A stretch of DNA of 64,000 nucleotides, from positions 91 through 64,090 of the IMG/VR virus record IMGVR_UViG_3300028388_003135. One strand, 5' to 3'. Below the pieces are notes generated by a model that was not told the origin of the DNA, made no database searches, and saw only the letters and a list, made by a program, of their open reading frames with translations. Origin of the DNA: a virus (lineage: Duplodnaviria > Caudoviricetes). The position numbers and the translations under genes were made by a program. Positions 18,035-27,141 of this stretch are shown here, piece by piece. How positions within the stretch are numbered: the stretch's first letter is position 1; the number at the start of each line of letters is the position of its first letter.

Positions 18035-18588
18035 AGGTTCCTGTCTACGAAGCGGAGGAGGCGGTCAAACGTTTGCTTTTGCATCTAGGAGAAGATCCAG
18101 CACGCGATGGATTGTTGGACACGCCTTCGCGCGTCGTTAAGGCTCTGCGAGAGATGACGGCTGGCTATGCTGTGGATCCCGCAAAGCTGCTATCCAAGCA
18201 GTTCGAAGCAGAGCACGACGAGATGATCGTGGTCAAAGATATGCCGTTCGTCTCCATGTGCGAGCATCACCTAATGCCGTTTCGTGGAACAGCAGCAATA
18301 GGTTATCTGCCCGGCGCCAAGATCGTTGGGCTTAGCAAGTTTGCCAGATTGCTAGATTGTTTTGCTTGCCGATTTCAAGTGCAGGAGCGACTCACGGACC
18401 AGATCGCCACCGCGATCATGGAGCATACTGACGCGCGGGGGGCGGGTTGTATTGTCCGTTCTTCACATGGTTGCATGACTTGTCGAGGTATCAAGAAGCA
18501 CGGCAAAATGGTAACATCGGCGATGAAGGGTATGTTCTTAGAGGTTCCAGCCACGAAGGCGGAGTTCTTATCTCACGTGAGATCGTGA
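17989..18588 (+). CDS. folE: GTP cyclohydrolase I
   Basis: GL.DTP.RV, SMCEHHL.PF.G, GLSKFAR, QVQERLT.QI, HGCM..RG. Confidence 0.95.
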   Translation: MEAQPTDTQSRGKSIEVPVYEAEEAVKRLLLHLGEDPARDGLLDTPSRVVKALREMTAGYAVDPAKLLSKQFEAEHDEMIVVKDMPFVSMCEHHLMPFRGTAAIGYLPGAKIVGLSKFARLLDCFACRFQVQERLTDQIATAIMEHTDARGAGCIVRSSHGCMTCRGIKKHGKMVTSAMKGMFLEVPATKAEFLSHVRS

Positions 18589-18779
18589 TGCTTATCTGCG
18601 CCTTGGCATGTTTGTTTTGCGCTACCTACTGCGCGATTGCGGTGGGTAAGGCGGCATGGTATTCCAACGATAAGCCGTTTTTCGCAAGAGCCCTGACCAT
18701 GCAGGGATTCGGCATGCTGTTCTGTATTTCAGCTGTGCTAGGCGTGTTGTGCCTACTCAAATTCTATTCGCAAGGGTAG
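18588..18779 (+). CDS. Small membrane protein
   Basis: Two hydrophobic segments; TGATG coupling. Confidence 0.5.
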   Translation: MLICALACLFCATYCAIAVGKAAWYSNDKPFFARALTMQGFGMLFCISAVLGVLCLLKFYSQG

Positions 18780-18784
18780 GTCCG

Positions 18785-19084
18785 ATGAATGTACTGGACA
18801 CGCAGAACAAAATTGAGGTCCTTATACATTTGGCAGACGGGACTCAGATAAAGGCAGTGACCGACGATGTGGACGTGCTCCAAAAAGTGCAGCGCGCTCA
18901 CAAGAGGAGTCGGCAGCTCTGGCGACCGTTCAGGCCGCGTACTTTTGCAATCAGCGACCAAGGCAAAGTGGTGTGCGTGTTTTGCTTAGCAGCCTTTGAT
19001 TTAGCAGCAGCCGCAACGACGCCTGTATCTCACATTATGGCAAATGAACCAAACCCACCAAACCAACCTATGGCAGCAGTTTAG
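18785..19084 (+). CDS. Hypothetical protein
   Basis: ORF within the operon. Confidence 0.5.
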   Translation: MNVLDTQNKIEVLIHLADGTQIKAVTDDVDVLQKVQRAHKRSRQLWRPFRPRTFAISDQGKVVCVFCLAAFDLAAAATTPVSHIMANEPNPPNQPMAAV

Positions 19085-19874
19085 GGACGCGCAGCAGCAT
19101 TTGTTCACCGAGCCCTTCCTTCAAGCAAAAGTCGATACATATGTCGGCGTGACGATTTTTATGGTTGCAACGCGGCAGGCAGACTGGTCGCAGCAAACGT
19201 TTGGATCGGATAAAGAGAGAGGGCCGATCGGGCCACTCAAGCATCTAATCAAGGAAGCAGACGAAGCGCAGTCTGCGTGGGGTGCGTGGCAAGCTTTGGA
19301 AGCATCGCTCGACGACGATTTGGCGTCTGTCGCAAAGCTCGGTCTTTTGGAGGAACTCGCAGACTGCTCTCTGCTACTCTTCGATGCACTTCGGCGAGCT
19401 GGATTCACAACCGTGGATCTTGTTTCGATGATGTGGAAGAAACAGATACTCAACGAGAAGCGAGAATGGAACGTCAAGGTGGACAACGAGTCGCCGGTTG
19501 AGCACGTCAAGGACGTAAAGGACGTAAAGGAGGACGAGTCGCGCATTGCTGGGAATGATACCTTCAACCTGCACATGCACACGATTCGACGCGGTGAGCT
19601 TGTTGGCGGTGCCGAACGAATTTTGTTCACGGCATGGCCCTCGGTAGAAGATGTTGCTAGACCGCTCTGCTATGCGGTAGTCCATCAGACCGAGCTAATG
19701 GGGAACTACTTAGAATGGATTCACGTCGAGGAGGGATATCGGCGAACCGGGATCGCTACAGCGGTCGCAACCCTGATCGAAGCCGCAATAGGTCCGCTTG
19801 AGCTATCCGGAGTCACGGAGGAAGGCGAGGCGTGGTGTGAAGCATTCTGTGAAGCGAAACCTGATGAAGGATAA
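19044..19874 (+). CDS. DUF550 dATP/dGTP pyrophosphohydrolase (MazG-like) fused to a GNAT domain
   Basis: WSQQTFG...GPIGPLKHL.KE..EA...E.AD...L.FDA.RRAG; C-terminal LEWIHVEEGYRRTGIAT. Confidence 0.8.
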   Translation: MNQTHQTNLWQQFRDAQQHLFTEPFLQAKVDTYVGVTIFMVATRQADWSQQTFGSDKERGPIGPLKHLIKEADEAQSAWGAWQALEASLDDDLASVAKLGLLEELADCSLLLFDALRRAGFTTVDLVSMMWKKQILNEKREWNVKVDNESPVEHVKDVKDVKEDESRIAGNDTFNLHMHTIRRGELVGGAERILFTAWPSVEDVARPLCYAVVHQTELMGNYLEWIHVEEGYRRTGIATAVATLIEAAIGPLELSGVTEEGEAWCEAFCEAKPDEG

Positions 19875-20033
19875 AGACGAACAGATAGAAGCAACGATCC
19901 ACCGGATGTCGTTGAAACAGGGAACCGAGTTGAAGATCGTCCATGTGATCGAGCTGGGCGACAGTTGGGTCACGCTGGCAGTTGTCGCAGCTGGTTGCTG
20001 GGCCATAGCCAAGATGTTTATTGGGTGGGTAGC

Positions 20034-20381
20034 GTGAAATATCACTACGAAGCGATCTGCACAGCGGTTTACGATGGCGACACTATAACCGTCGACATTG
20101 ACCTTGGGTTTGGCATCTGGTTGCGAGATCAGAAGCTCAGGCTTTATGGCATCAACGCACCTGAAATCCGTGGTGAGCAGCGAGCAAGCGGCCTTAGAGC
20201 GAAGGACTGGCTTTTAGACCAGATCTTTGACGAGACAATCGAGTTCAATTCGCTCAAGGACACTAAGGGTAAGTATGGCCGCTGGATCGCGGAGATCACC
20301 CACATAGATGGCGTTCGGCTCGAAACAACCCTCAATCAACAAATGGTGATTTCTGGGCACGCTATCGAGGCGAACTACTAA
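20034..20381 (+). CDS. Thermonuclease (SNase) family protein
   Basis: VYDGDT..VDIDLGF...RLYGINAPE...KGKYGR. Confidence 0.9.
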   Translation: MKYHYEAICTAVYDGDTITVDIDLGFGIWLRDQKLRLYGINAPEIRGEQRASGLRAKDWLLDQIFDETIEFNSLKDTKGKYGRWIAEITHIDGVRLETTLNQQMVISGHAIEANY

Positions 20382-20554
20382 TGGACGGCAAAGGACGGCT
20401 AACTGACGACGATCCTATGCCAATCGGCAAGCACAAAGGCAAACGTTTGGGCGATGTGCCTGATAGCTATTGGGCATGGTTCCTCGATCAAGATTGGTGT
20501 GACAAGTATCCAAAGCTGGTGGAGTATGCAAACACCGGTGTTGACTGCGAGTAG
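20381..20554 (+). CDS. DUF3820-like small protein (57 aa, not in the ORF track)
   Basis: MPIGKHKGKRLGDVPDSYWAW; TAATG coupling. Confidence 0.7.
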   Translation: MDGKGRLTDDDPMPIGKHKGKRLGDVPDSYWAWFLDQDWCDKYPKLVEYANTGVDCE

Positions 20555-20560
20555 GTAGCA

Positions 20561-20589
20561 TTGGTTTCAAACGTTTGATAGGTTAGGAT
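20561..20589 (+). promoter_or_regulatory. Sigma70-like promoter candidate with palindrome in the spacer
   Basis: TTGGTT-N17-TAGGAT; CAAACGTTTG at 20568. Confidence 0.4.
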
Positions 20590-20620
20590 TCGTTGACCGA
20601 CACTCTAACCGGAGAGACCG

Positions 20621-21082
20621 ATGAAAAACCCCACCCCAATCTTTGCGTGGATTGCTCTGATTGCCGTAGGCTGCGTTGTCTATTCTGCCATCAAATGGGA
20701 GATCGAAGAGCAGCGGAATGCCGATCTAACCGCACAGAACGACGATCTAAGCGACTCTGTGGACGAATACGGCAAAATACTCATAGGTGTTGCTGCAGGC
20801 GATATAGAGGCTCTGAAGCGGCTTGAGCCGGGCTCGGTGTGGGTTGATCTCGCTGGCGATGGGTATGAGCTCGGTCATGTGAACACAGCGACCGGTGAAG
20901 TGGAGTTGCATCGGGTCCTAACTTCGGGCGACCAATGTGGCGTTTGTGGTTGGGTCTGGGAGGCTGCGACAACAGGCAATCCTGTGCGTTCCGACGAAGG
21001 GCAAGACGGAGGAACGAAACCGCCTGTTGGAGAGGTCTCAGCTTCGCCGGTCGCTCACCAACGTTGTGATGTCCACTTCTAG
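20621..21082 (+). CDS. Membrane-anchored hypothetical protein
   Basis: N-terminal transmembrane segment followed by coiled coil; GGAG RBS. Confidence 0.6.
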   Translation: MKNPTPIFAWIALIAVGCVVYSAIKWEIEEQRNADLTAQNDDLSDSVDEYGKILIGVAAGDIEALKRLEPGSVWVDLAGDGYELGHVNTATGEVELHRVLTSGDQCGVCGWVWEAATTGNPVRSDEGQDGGTKPPVGEVSASPVAHQRCDVHF

Positions 21083-21128
21083 GGCGAGTTGGGTGACAAA
21101 GAGAGCCGGCTCACGCTCCGGCAAAGAT

Positions 21129-21638
21129 ATGGGGTCGCAACGACACCCACCAGGCGCAACCAGCGGGTTCCCTGACACCCTTGAAGAAGACGGGTTGTCG
21201 CCTGAGGAATCGTTTGCCATTGAGACGCGAGCAATTCGCGAACTCTGGATTGGCAGCGGTGAAGCATTTGCTAAGGGACGGCAAGCGCTGATGAACAAGA
21301 TTCTCAAGATCGGACTCACCACTCAAGATGAAGGCATGGCAGTGTCTGCGATGAACACGTTGGTTCGTGCAGAGCTAGGAGTTCAGCGAAACGCAATTCT
21401 AGCCAAACGTTTGGACATGGGCGGGTCGGGCGGCGACTTGCCTCCGCAAGCTGAGCCAGAAAAGCAGGAGCGAGCAATTGTTATCGAGGGCTCGGCGAAA
21501 CCTGTCAGTCCGCAGGACTTCGTCCGCCAGATGATCGGTAATCAGGATGTCAGAGCCTCTATCCGAACTCGACTTAGTAACGCCACTGAATTACGCAGTA
21601 GCGACGAACAACCAATTCAAGAGGGCGAGACATCTTGA
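21129..21638 (+). CDS. Putative terminase small subunit
   Basis: Position immediately upstream of TerL; helical; start uncertain. Confidence 0.45.
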   Translation: MGSQRHPPGATSGFPDTLEEDGLSPEESFAIETRAIRELWIGSGEAFAKGRQALMNKILKIGLTTQDEGMAVSAMNTLVRAELGVQRNAILAKRLDMGGSGGDLPPQAEPEKQERAIVIEGSAKPVSPQDFVRQMIGNQDVRASIRTRLSNATELRSSDEQPIQEGETS

Positions 21639-22983
21639 GCTTCTTGAGCATGAGCTCATTGAAACACTCAACAATGAGTTTGATGTTCTAATTGCCCAAG
21701 CGCCGCCTCGGCATGGGAAGTCCTGGTTTCTCGCTCGCGAATTCCCGAAGTGGTATCACGGCGTCTGGCCTGAGCATCAATCTCTGATTACCAGTTACCA
21801 GCTGGACCTAGCCCGAGATCATTCCTCCTATGTTCGCGACGAGTTCCACCGCCTTGCGCCCTACTGGGGATTGGAGGGTGTTCGCTACTCAAAGGCAGCG
21901 GCGGCGAAGTGGGAGATTGCAGGCGGTCCCGGCGATATCATGGGCGGTTGTCGCGCAGCGGGTATCGGCGGCGGTATCACTGGGCGCGGTGCAAACGTGT
22001 TCATTATTGACGACTACCTCAAGAACGCTGAGCAAGCGACGTCAGAACGGATTCGCGACAAACAATGGGAATGGTTCGAAACGACTGCTTGGACTCGGTT
22101 GGAACCGGGCGGCAAGATGATCATCCTTGCGACCCGGTGGCATGAGGACGACTTAATTGGTCGAGCGTTGAGGTTCTTGACCGCAGCCAATTTCAAGGTT
22201 CGCGAGATCCGACTGCCTGCGCTAGCTGAGCCAACCGACGAGCAGCCAGATCCGCTAGGCCGCAAGACAGGCGAAGCGCTATGGCCAGAGCGATGGTCCG
22301 CCGAATACCTACGACAGCAACAGTTGCTGTTCGATCCCTATTGGTTCAATGCGATGTACCAGCAGCGGTTAGGTAGTTACGGTGCAAATGAGTGGCCGAG
22401 CGAATACTTCTGGAACATGATGGTTCAACCGGAGGATTGGCCGCAAACGTTTGAGTTCTCAGCAACGGCTCTAGACCCGTCCAAGGGCAAACAGGCTAAG
22501 GTTGGCGACTTTTCAGCAATTGTGAACGTCGCATATCACAAAGGCTACTTGTGGGTGGAGGCAGACCTAGAACGACGCGATGCTGGCAAGATGGCAAGCG
22601 ATCTCGTAGCGTTCAATGACTTGCGAAGGCCAATTGTCACAGGGATCGAGGCAAATGCGTTCCAGCACTTGTTGGCGGACACCTATATTCAGGCGCAAAT
22701 AGATCACGGAAACTATCGCGACGAACCGGAGCTGATTGATAACAAAGTTGCAAAGGCTTTGCGGATAGCGAGGCTCGGCTTCTGGTTGCGAATTCATCGA
22801 GTCAAGATCAAGGACACGCCAGGCGGGCGGCTGTTGTTTGAGCAATTGAAGCACTTTCCCAACGCCAAGTATGACGACGGGCCCGATGCGTTCGAGATGG
22901 CCCTTAGGCTTCTCCTGCAGGCGAGCTGGGACCCGACGTTGAATCAGCTAGCCGAGGGTAACGTTACGCACATCGCGGCGTAG
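21547..22983 (+). CDS. terL: Terminase large subunit
   Basis: APPRHGKS, GITGRGA, IIDD, TRWHEDD, LDPS, FPNAKYDDGPDA. Confidence 0.95.
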   Translation: MSEPLSELDLVTPLNYAVATNNQFKRARHLELLEHELIETLNNEFDVLIAQAPPRHGKSWFLAREFPKWYHGVWPEHQSLITSYQLDLARDHSSYVRDEFHRLAPYWGLEGVRYSKAAAAKWEIAGGPGDIMGGCRAAGIGGGITGRGANVFIIDDYLKNAEQATSERIRDKQWEWFETTAWTRLEPGGKMIILATRWHEDDLIGRALRFLTAANFKVREIRLPALAEPTDEQPDPLGRKTGEALWPERWSAEYLRQQQLLFDPYWFNAMYQQRLGSYGANEWPSEYFWNMMVQPEDWPQTFEFSATALDPSKGKQAKVGDFSAIVNVAYHKGYLWVEADLERRDAGKMASDLVAFNDLRRPIVTGIEANAFQHLLADTYIQAQIDHGNYRDEPELIDNKVAKALRIARLGFWLRIHRVKIKDTPGGRLLFEQLKHFPNAKYDDGPDAFEMALRLLLQASWDPTLNQLAEGNVTHIAA

Positions 22984-23272
22984 GGGCCTTATGAAGCAGG
23001 GACACGCCATCAGTGGCGTTAACGAGAGGCAACGTTAGCGAACGGCGTCAAGCTGGGAGCGGGAGGGAGAGCCAGCCGATGTCATTATCCGAACGACAAT
23101 TCCTGATTCTGCGAGGCAAGATCAAAGCAGCTGAGCAGCGATGGCGAGGTCGCGCAGAACAGGAACGTTTGCATGGTACCGACGACCTTCGATCCGAAGC
23201 AGAGGACTCAGCGGCAGCGTTCGAAGCAATTGGTTTGTTGATAGAAATACTCATGCCAAAGGATAAAACGGA

Positions 23273-23716
23273 ATGATCGAGTTAGATAGTTTGACGCCTG
23301 AAGATGTGGGCCGGAGCGTGCTTTATGTCGACGGCCAAGGGCAGAGCGACGAGGGCACAATTCACGGCTCGAATCAACTATTGATCTTCGTCCGGTTTAA
23401 GACAGGAGTGATGGGTTGCATGCCATCAACGCTTTACCGTTGCACCAAAGCTGAGTACAGGGCAGCGAGAGTCCAAACCGATGCCATTCAGAAGTGCGTA
23501 GGTAAGATCAACGGGGCAAAGTTCGCGGTAGATTCTTCGCGGAATCTAATAGCCCTTATGCAGGAGTATGCCGAGGAGTACCAGAAAGAGCTCGCATTGC
23601 AATTGGCGATTCTCGGTGGTCATGGCAAGTCGGAATATGATGCAGCAATGAGTGCGTCAAAGCTGACGGCAGATGAAATTGAAGAAGCACGTAAATGGAA
23701 TGCCGTAAAGGAATAG
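23273..23716 (+). CDS. Hypothetical protein
   Basis: ORF in a tandem run of + strand genes. Confidence 0.6.
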   Translation: MIELDSLTPEDVGRSVLYVDGQGQSDEGTIHGSNQLLIFVRFKTGVMGCMPSTLYRCTKAEYRAARVQTDAIQKCVGKINGAKFAVDSSRNLIALMQEYAEEYQKELALQLAILGGHGKSEYDAAMSASKLTADEIEEARKWNAVKE

Positions 23717-23719
23717 TTC

Positions 23720-23959
23720 ATGGCGAATCACAGTCCACCACGATCCTACACTCCTGACGAGCTGCGGCGAGTAGCGGCCTCTTTCCGTGTTGTGCTCGAC
23801 GGATTGGAAGGCGTAGCCACAAATATGGAAGAAGCAAGCATCGAGTCAGTGCCAGTACGGTATTGGAAGGTCGGAGAGCGCGCGTCAGACCAGTTTGTGA
23901 AGTTTGTCGCGGACGCACAGCAACAGTTGGTAGCAAAGACACTAAAGGCGGGCGAGTGA
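23720..23959 (+). CDS. Hypothetical protein
   Basis: ORF in a tandem run of + strand genes. Confidence 0.55.
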   Translation: MANHSPPRSYTPDELRRVAASFRVVLDGLEGVATNMEEASIESVPVRYWKVGERASDQFVKFVADAQQQLVAKTLKAGE

Positions 23960-24804
23960 TGGATCATCTTGGACTTAGCAGCTACAGCAAGTCGCCCAAA
24001 CGTTTGGATACAACGCCGAAACGCAAAGTATGCGAGGACGAGCTTCCAAGCGAAGTGGTGGATGCTCTGGTCGACTGGAACAGCTCGCTTGAAAGCTATG
24101 AGCGGTGTGGGTGTGGAAAACATCACTACGGCGACTCTTATCTAGAGTGCTATGACGAAAACGGGGAACCCACTGGCGACATGCTATCCCACAGTGAAGT
24201 GCCAGAATCTTGGGTGTGGACAGGGGAGGATGATGTATGCGTCGTCCACTTTGACGGTTGTGACTATGTTGTGGGCTGTGAGTGCAATTGGCCCGCGAAG
24301 CACTGGCAATGGCTCGCACAAAACAAAGAGTGGATTTTAGTAGCGTTCCACGAAACAGCGACCAATCAAGTTGAGACAGGGATGGCGATGTGGGCTAAGA
24401 CCCGTCAGTCGCATGTCGTCCATGATGGTGATTTGTCAAACAAAGTGGTCACAACGGCAGAAGCGGTGACGATTGCACATGAGTTCATGGACGCAGCTCG
24501 GGACGAGTTGCTAAAAGAATTCAAGGTTAGCAGTGAGTCGATCACGAGCACATATCGGAACCTTGAATCTGCTTTGAAAAGAGATGTCAAAGGCAGTGTG
24601 GACAAGCTAGAAAACAACATCACCCACGCTATAGATAAGCGGTTGCGGGCCGTAGCAGATGTGCTGAAGGCAGAATCCGCTGCGGCGTTGCAGAAAGCGA
24701 CCAAGAAGGCAACAGAAGCCGCAGTTGAGGCGGCGAAGCACTATGCGCAACAAGAGGTTCAGGTACAGCTCAATCAACGCAGAAAACTAATCTTAGGAGA
24801 CTAA
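23959..24804 (+). CDS. Hypothetical protein (Cys/His-rich N-terminus, coiled-coil C-terminus)
   Basis: TGATG coupling; CGCGKHH, GCEC. Confidence 0.6.
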   Translation: MDHLGLSSYSKSPKRLDTTPKRKVCEDELPSEVVDALVDWNSSLESYERCGCGKHHYGDSYLECYDENGEPTGDMLSHSEVPESWVWTGEDDVCVVHFDGCDYVVGCECNWPAKHWQWLAQNKEWILVAFHETATNQVETGMAMWAKTRQSHVVHDGDLSNKVVTTAEAVTIAHEFMDAARDELLKEFKVSSESITSTYRNLESALKRDVKGSVDKLENNITHAIDKRLRAVADVLKAESAAALQKATKKATEAAVEAAKHYAQQEVQVQLNQRRKLILGD

Positions 24805-24805
24805 T

Positions 24806-25255
24806 ATGCGACCACGAATGATCGCAATGAAGGACCATCTATACGTCGTAGCGTGTGTGGACACGGACTTCGTGGCAACGCTTGAAGAGGGCGGGATGGT
24901 TGCCGCGACATGGGCCCAATCGGATATGCCGAATGGGTTCACAGAGTACTTCTGCGTAGCCGTAAAGGAAGGGACTTCGCTGCCTGAAGCGCCGCCGCCT
25001 CCCAAATACCCGGTGGCGATTCGTATTGATCAGCAAGGGCTCGACAACTTGAAAGAGGCCGGTGTGTCGTCAAGCTCGACTGACAAAGTCACGTCAATTA
25101 TCGCAGTGCGAACTTTGGAGCAAGGAGACGCTTGCGACGGCTGTGAAAAAGCAGTCGCGGAACTAGCGAGAGTAGTCGCGCGGCAGAAGAAACAAAAGCA
25201 AAAAGAGTATCGCGAGCGTAGTTTCTATTCCCGAAGCAACCCGAGTTTGAATTAA
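24806..25255 (+). CDS. Hypothetical protein
   Basis: AGGAG RBS. Confidence 0.6.
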   Translation: MRPRMIAMKDHLYVVACVDTDFVATLEEGGMVAATWAQSDMPNGFTEYFCVAVKEGTSLPEAPPPPKYPVAIRIDQQGLDNLKEAGVSSSSTDKVTSIIAVRTLEQGDACDGCEKAVAELARVVARQKKQKQKEYRERSFYSRSNPSLN

Positions 25256-25677
25256 TGACAAAAAAGAGGCATCTAAATCCCAAACGTTTGGTCGAAGTCA
25301 GTCCGGCAGTACTCGCAAGGGTGCCCAACTCTGCTCAGCGAGTGTTTGCAGACCACACGAACGGCTGGATGGTAAGTGTCGACGACTGGGATGGAACAGA
25401 CGGAACGCCCTGGGAGGGATCGCTTCGTGTCCACGTTACGCAGAATTCCGGATCGCGCCCTGAGCACTGGAATGACCCAAAGTATCGCGCTAACGATATC
25501 ACCTGGGATGAACTCAACGCGATAAAGCAGCATTTCTGGCCCAATCGAATTGCAATCGAAATCTATCCGCCTAAGAATAGGAGCGTGGACGTAGCAGCTA
25601 TCCGCTGGCTTTGGGTTCTGCCCGAAGGCGCCGAGCTGCCGTTTAACCTAGAAGCGAACTCTACGATCTTGAAATAG
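25255..25677 (+). CDS. Phage hypothetical protein
   Basis: ITWDEL.AIK...AIEIYPP...VDVA..RWLW. Confidence 0.65.
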   Translation: MTKKRHLNPKRLVEVSPAVLARVPNSAQRVFADHTNGWMVSVDDWDGTDGTPWEGSLRVHVTQNSGSRPEHWNDPKYRANDITWDELNAIKQHFWPNRIAIEIYPPKNRSVDVAAIRWLWVLPEGAELPFNLEANSTILK

Positions 25678-25688
25678 GACGACCGGCT

Positions 25689-25910
25689 ATGCTTAACGAT
25701 CCCGCGCATCCAATTTGGCCAATCATTCGTTCCGGTATGTGGGCCATCGCCTTGGTGGTGTGGCTGGTGTTTGGTACCGAAGGCTGGGACGTGCAGCACA
25801 TCTTGTTAGTAATTGGGGCGGTTGGGGCCTTACTTACCGGAGGCGAACTGCCGTTCTTGTCGCAGTTTAAGCCGAAGAAAGAGAACCCGGCGGAAAAGCC
25901 GGACGAGTAA
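25689..25910 (+). CDS. Small two-TM membrane protein (holin-like topology)
   Basis: Two hydrophobic helices and a charged C-terminal tail. Confidence 0.5.
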   Translation: MLNDPAHPIWPIIRSGMWAIALVVWLVFGTEGWDVQHILLVIGAVGALLTGGELPFLSQFKPKKENPAEKPDE

Positions 25911-25931
25911 CCCAAACGTTTGGAGCGAGCG

Positions 25932-26519
25932 ATGATCTGGTTGGCAGTGGCGATGGCGATTGGTTTTGTCTGTGGCATAGGGACTGCAATTGGCGTTCTG
26001 TTCTGCCTCCCTGCAAGCGACGATCACCGGCAGATTGAGATTCAGAAGCGCGAGCTATATTCGCAGTTATCCGGAAAGAACCCGCAGGATGTGTGGACCG
26101 AGCCCCGGTCCCCTGAACGTTGCGATGCACGGAGCAACAGTACAGAAAAGACGCCGTCGGTTGCTTCCGTGCAATCGGTTGTTCGCACGCCTGGTCCGTG
26201 GCGTGTGGCAAGACTTGATCGCGTATGTCACCCCAATTTGCCAAACAACTCACTTGGTGTCGTAGCTGATCCGTCGCACAAGCAAAACGGCGTTCGAGGC
26301 AACGCGGCAGTGATATGCATAATTGCGCCGCCAGAGTTTTTGACGCCACAGGACATTGAAAACGCAAGGCTCATTGCGATTGCACCGAAGCTGCTCGAAG
26401 GCTTAGGTGAGGCGTTAGCAATGTTGCGCTCGCAGTATGAGGAATCAGACACGCCGACGTGTGAAGCATGGCTTGCGGATCTAGAACGCCTGGAGTCAAT
26501 CGCCGACAGCGCATGCTAG
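25932..26519 (+). CDS. Hypothetical protein (TPGPW...NARLIA.AP.LLE phage motif)
   Basis: N-terminal transmembrane segment plus a common phage motif. Confidence 0.6.
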   Translation: MIWLAVAMAIGFVCGIGTAIGVLFCLPASDDHRQIEIQKRELYSQLSGKNPQDVWTEPRSPERCDARSNSTEKTPSVASVQSVVRTPGPWRVARLDRVCHPNLPNNSLGVVADPSHKQNGVRGNAAVICIIAPPEFLTPQDIENARLIAIAPKLLEGLGEALAMLRSQYEESDTPTCEAWLADLERLESIADSAC

Positions 26520-27130
26520 ATCGTGCCAACGCCAGTGGTATCTACAGCAGCAACGGCTCGACGAATCGACGCTGCGGGGATATCAAGCGATTCGCCTTCA
26601 CTGTGCAGTTGGGCATTCAAAGCAATTGCTGGCAAGTACGCATGCCAATTGCCTGACGGCCAATACCGGAGATCAGCTGCGACGTCGCGGAGAGAATGCC
26701 GCAGCTCTCTAGTTCGTTCAGCACCAGCAATGTGCCGCAGTGTCAGGGTCGAATACCACAAGCCAGGGCCGAGCATTTTCTTAGCCAAACGTTTGACTTC
26801 GCTCACTGTTACGGTCAATCTGCCGTTGTGGCGAATGGGTGCGAGTAAGCCTGCTCTCACCAGTCGCCGCATTTTGTCGTGTGATGGCCAGCCGGGTAGT
26901 AGCGTTGCTGCCACGGCCAGTGAGACGCGCCCCCGCTGAGGCGGAGTGACCTGAAGCCCTAACTCTAAGGCCAGCGGATCGCTATACTGACGTTGGTTCT
27001 GCAGGTGGGCGCGAACGGTGTTCCTGTGGATGCCGAGCGTACGCGCGACTTCCGACCGACTATTCCCTGCTCGCGATAGCTCATGGATCCGGCGAACAGT
27101 TCGAGGCGTCAGATGTTTGCTAGTTGGCAT
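26516..27130 (-). CDS. Double-HTH DNA-binding protein (only convincing minus-strand gene)
   Basis: GNSRSEVARTLGIHRNTVRAHL; second MerR/excisionase-like HTH (SLAVAATLL...MRRLVRAGLL). Confidence 0.75.
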   Translation of the reverse strand: MPTSKHLTPRTVRRIHELSRAGNSRSEVARTLGIHRNTVRAHLQNQRQYSDPLALELGLQVTPPQRGRVSLAVAATLLPGWPSHDKMRRLVRAGLLAPIRHNGRLTVTVSEVKRLAKKMLGPGLWYSTLTLRHIAGAERTRELRHSLRDVAADLRYWPSGNWHAYLPAIALNAQLHSEGESLDIPAASIRRAVAAVDTTGVGTI

Positions 27131-27141
27131 GAGGTAGTCCG

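Noticed and set aside
22981-22995. GGGCCTTA as another early promoter (also at 37315 and 58898)
   Set aside because: The upstream GCGCCC box at the fixed 24-nt offset is absent or only partial.
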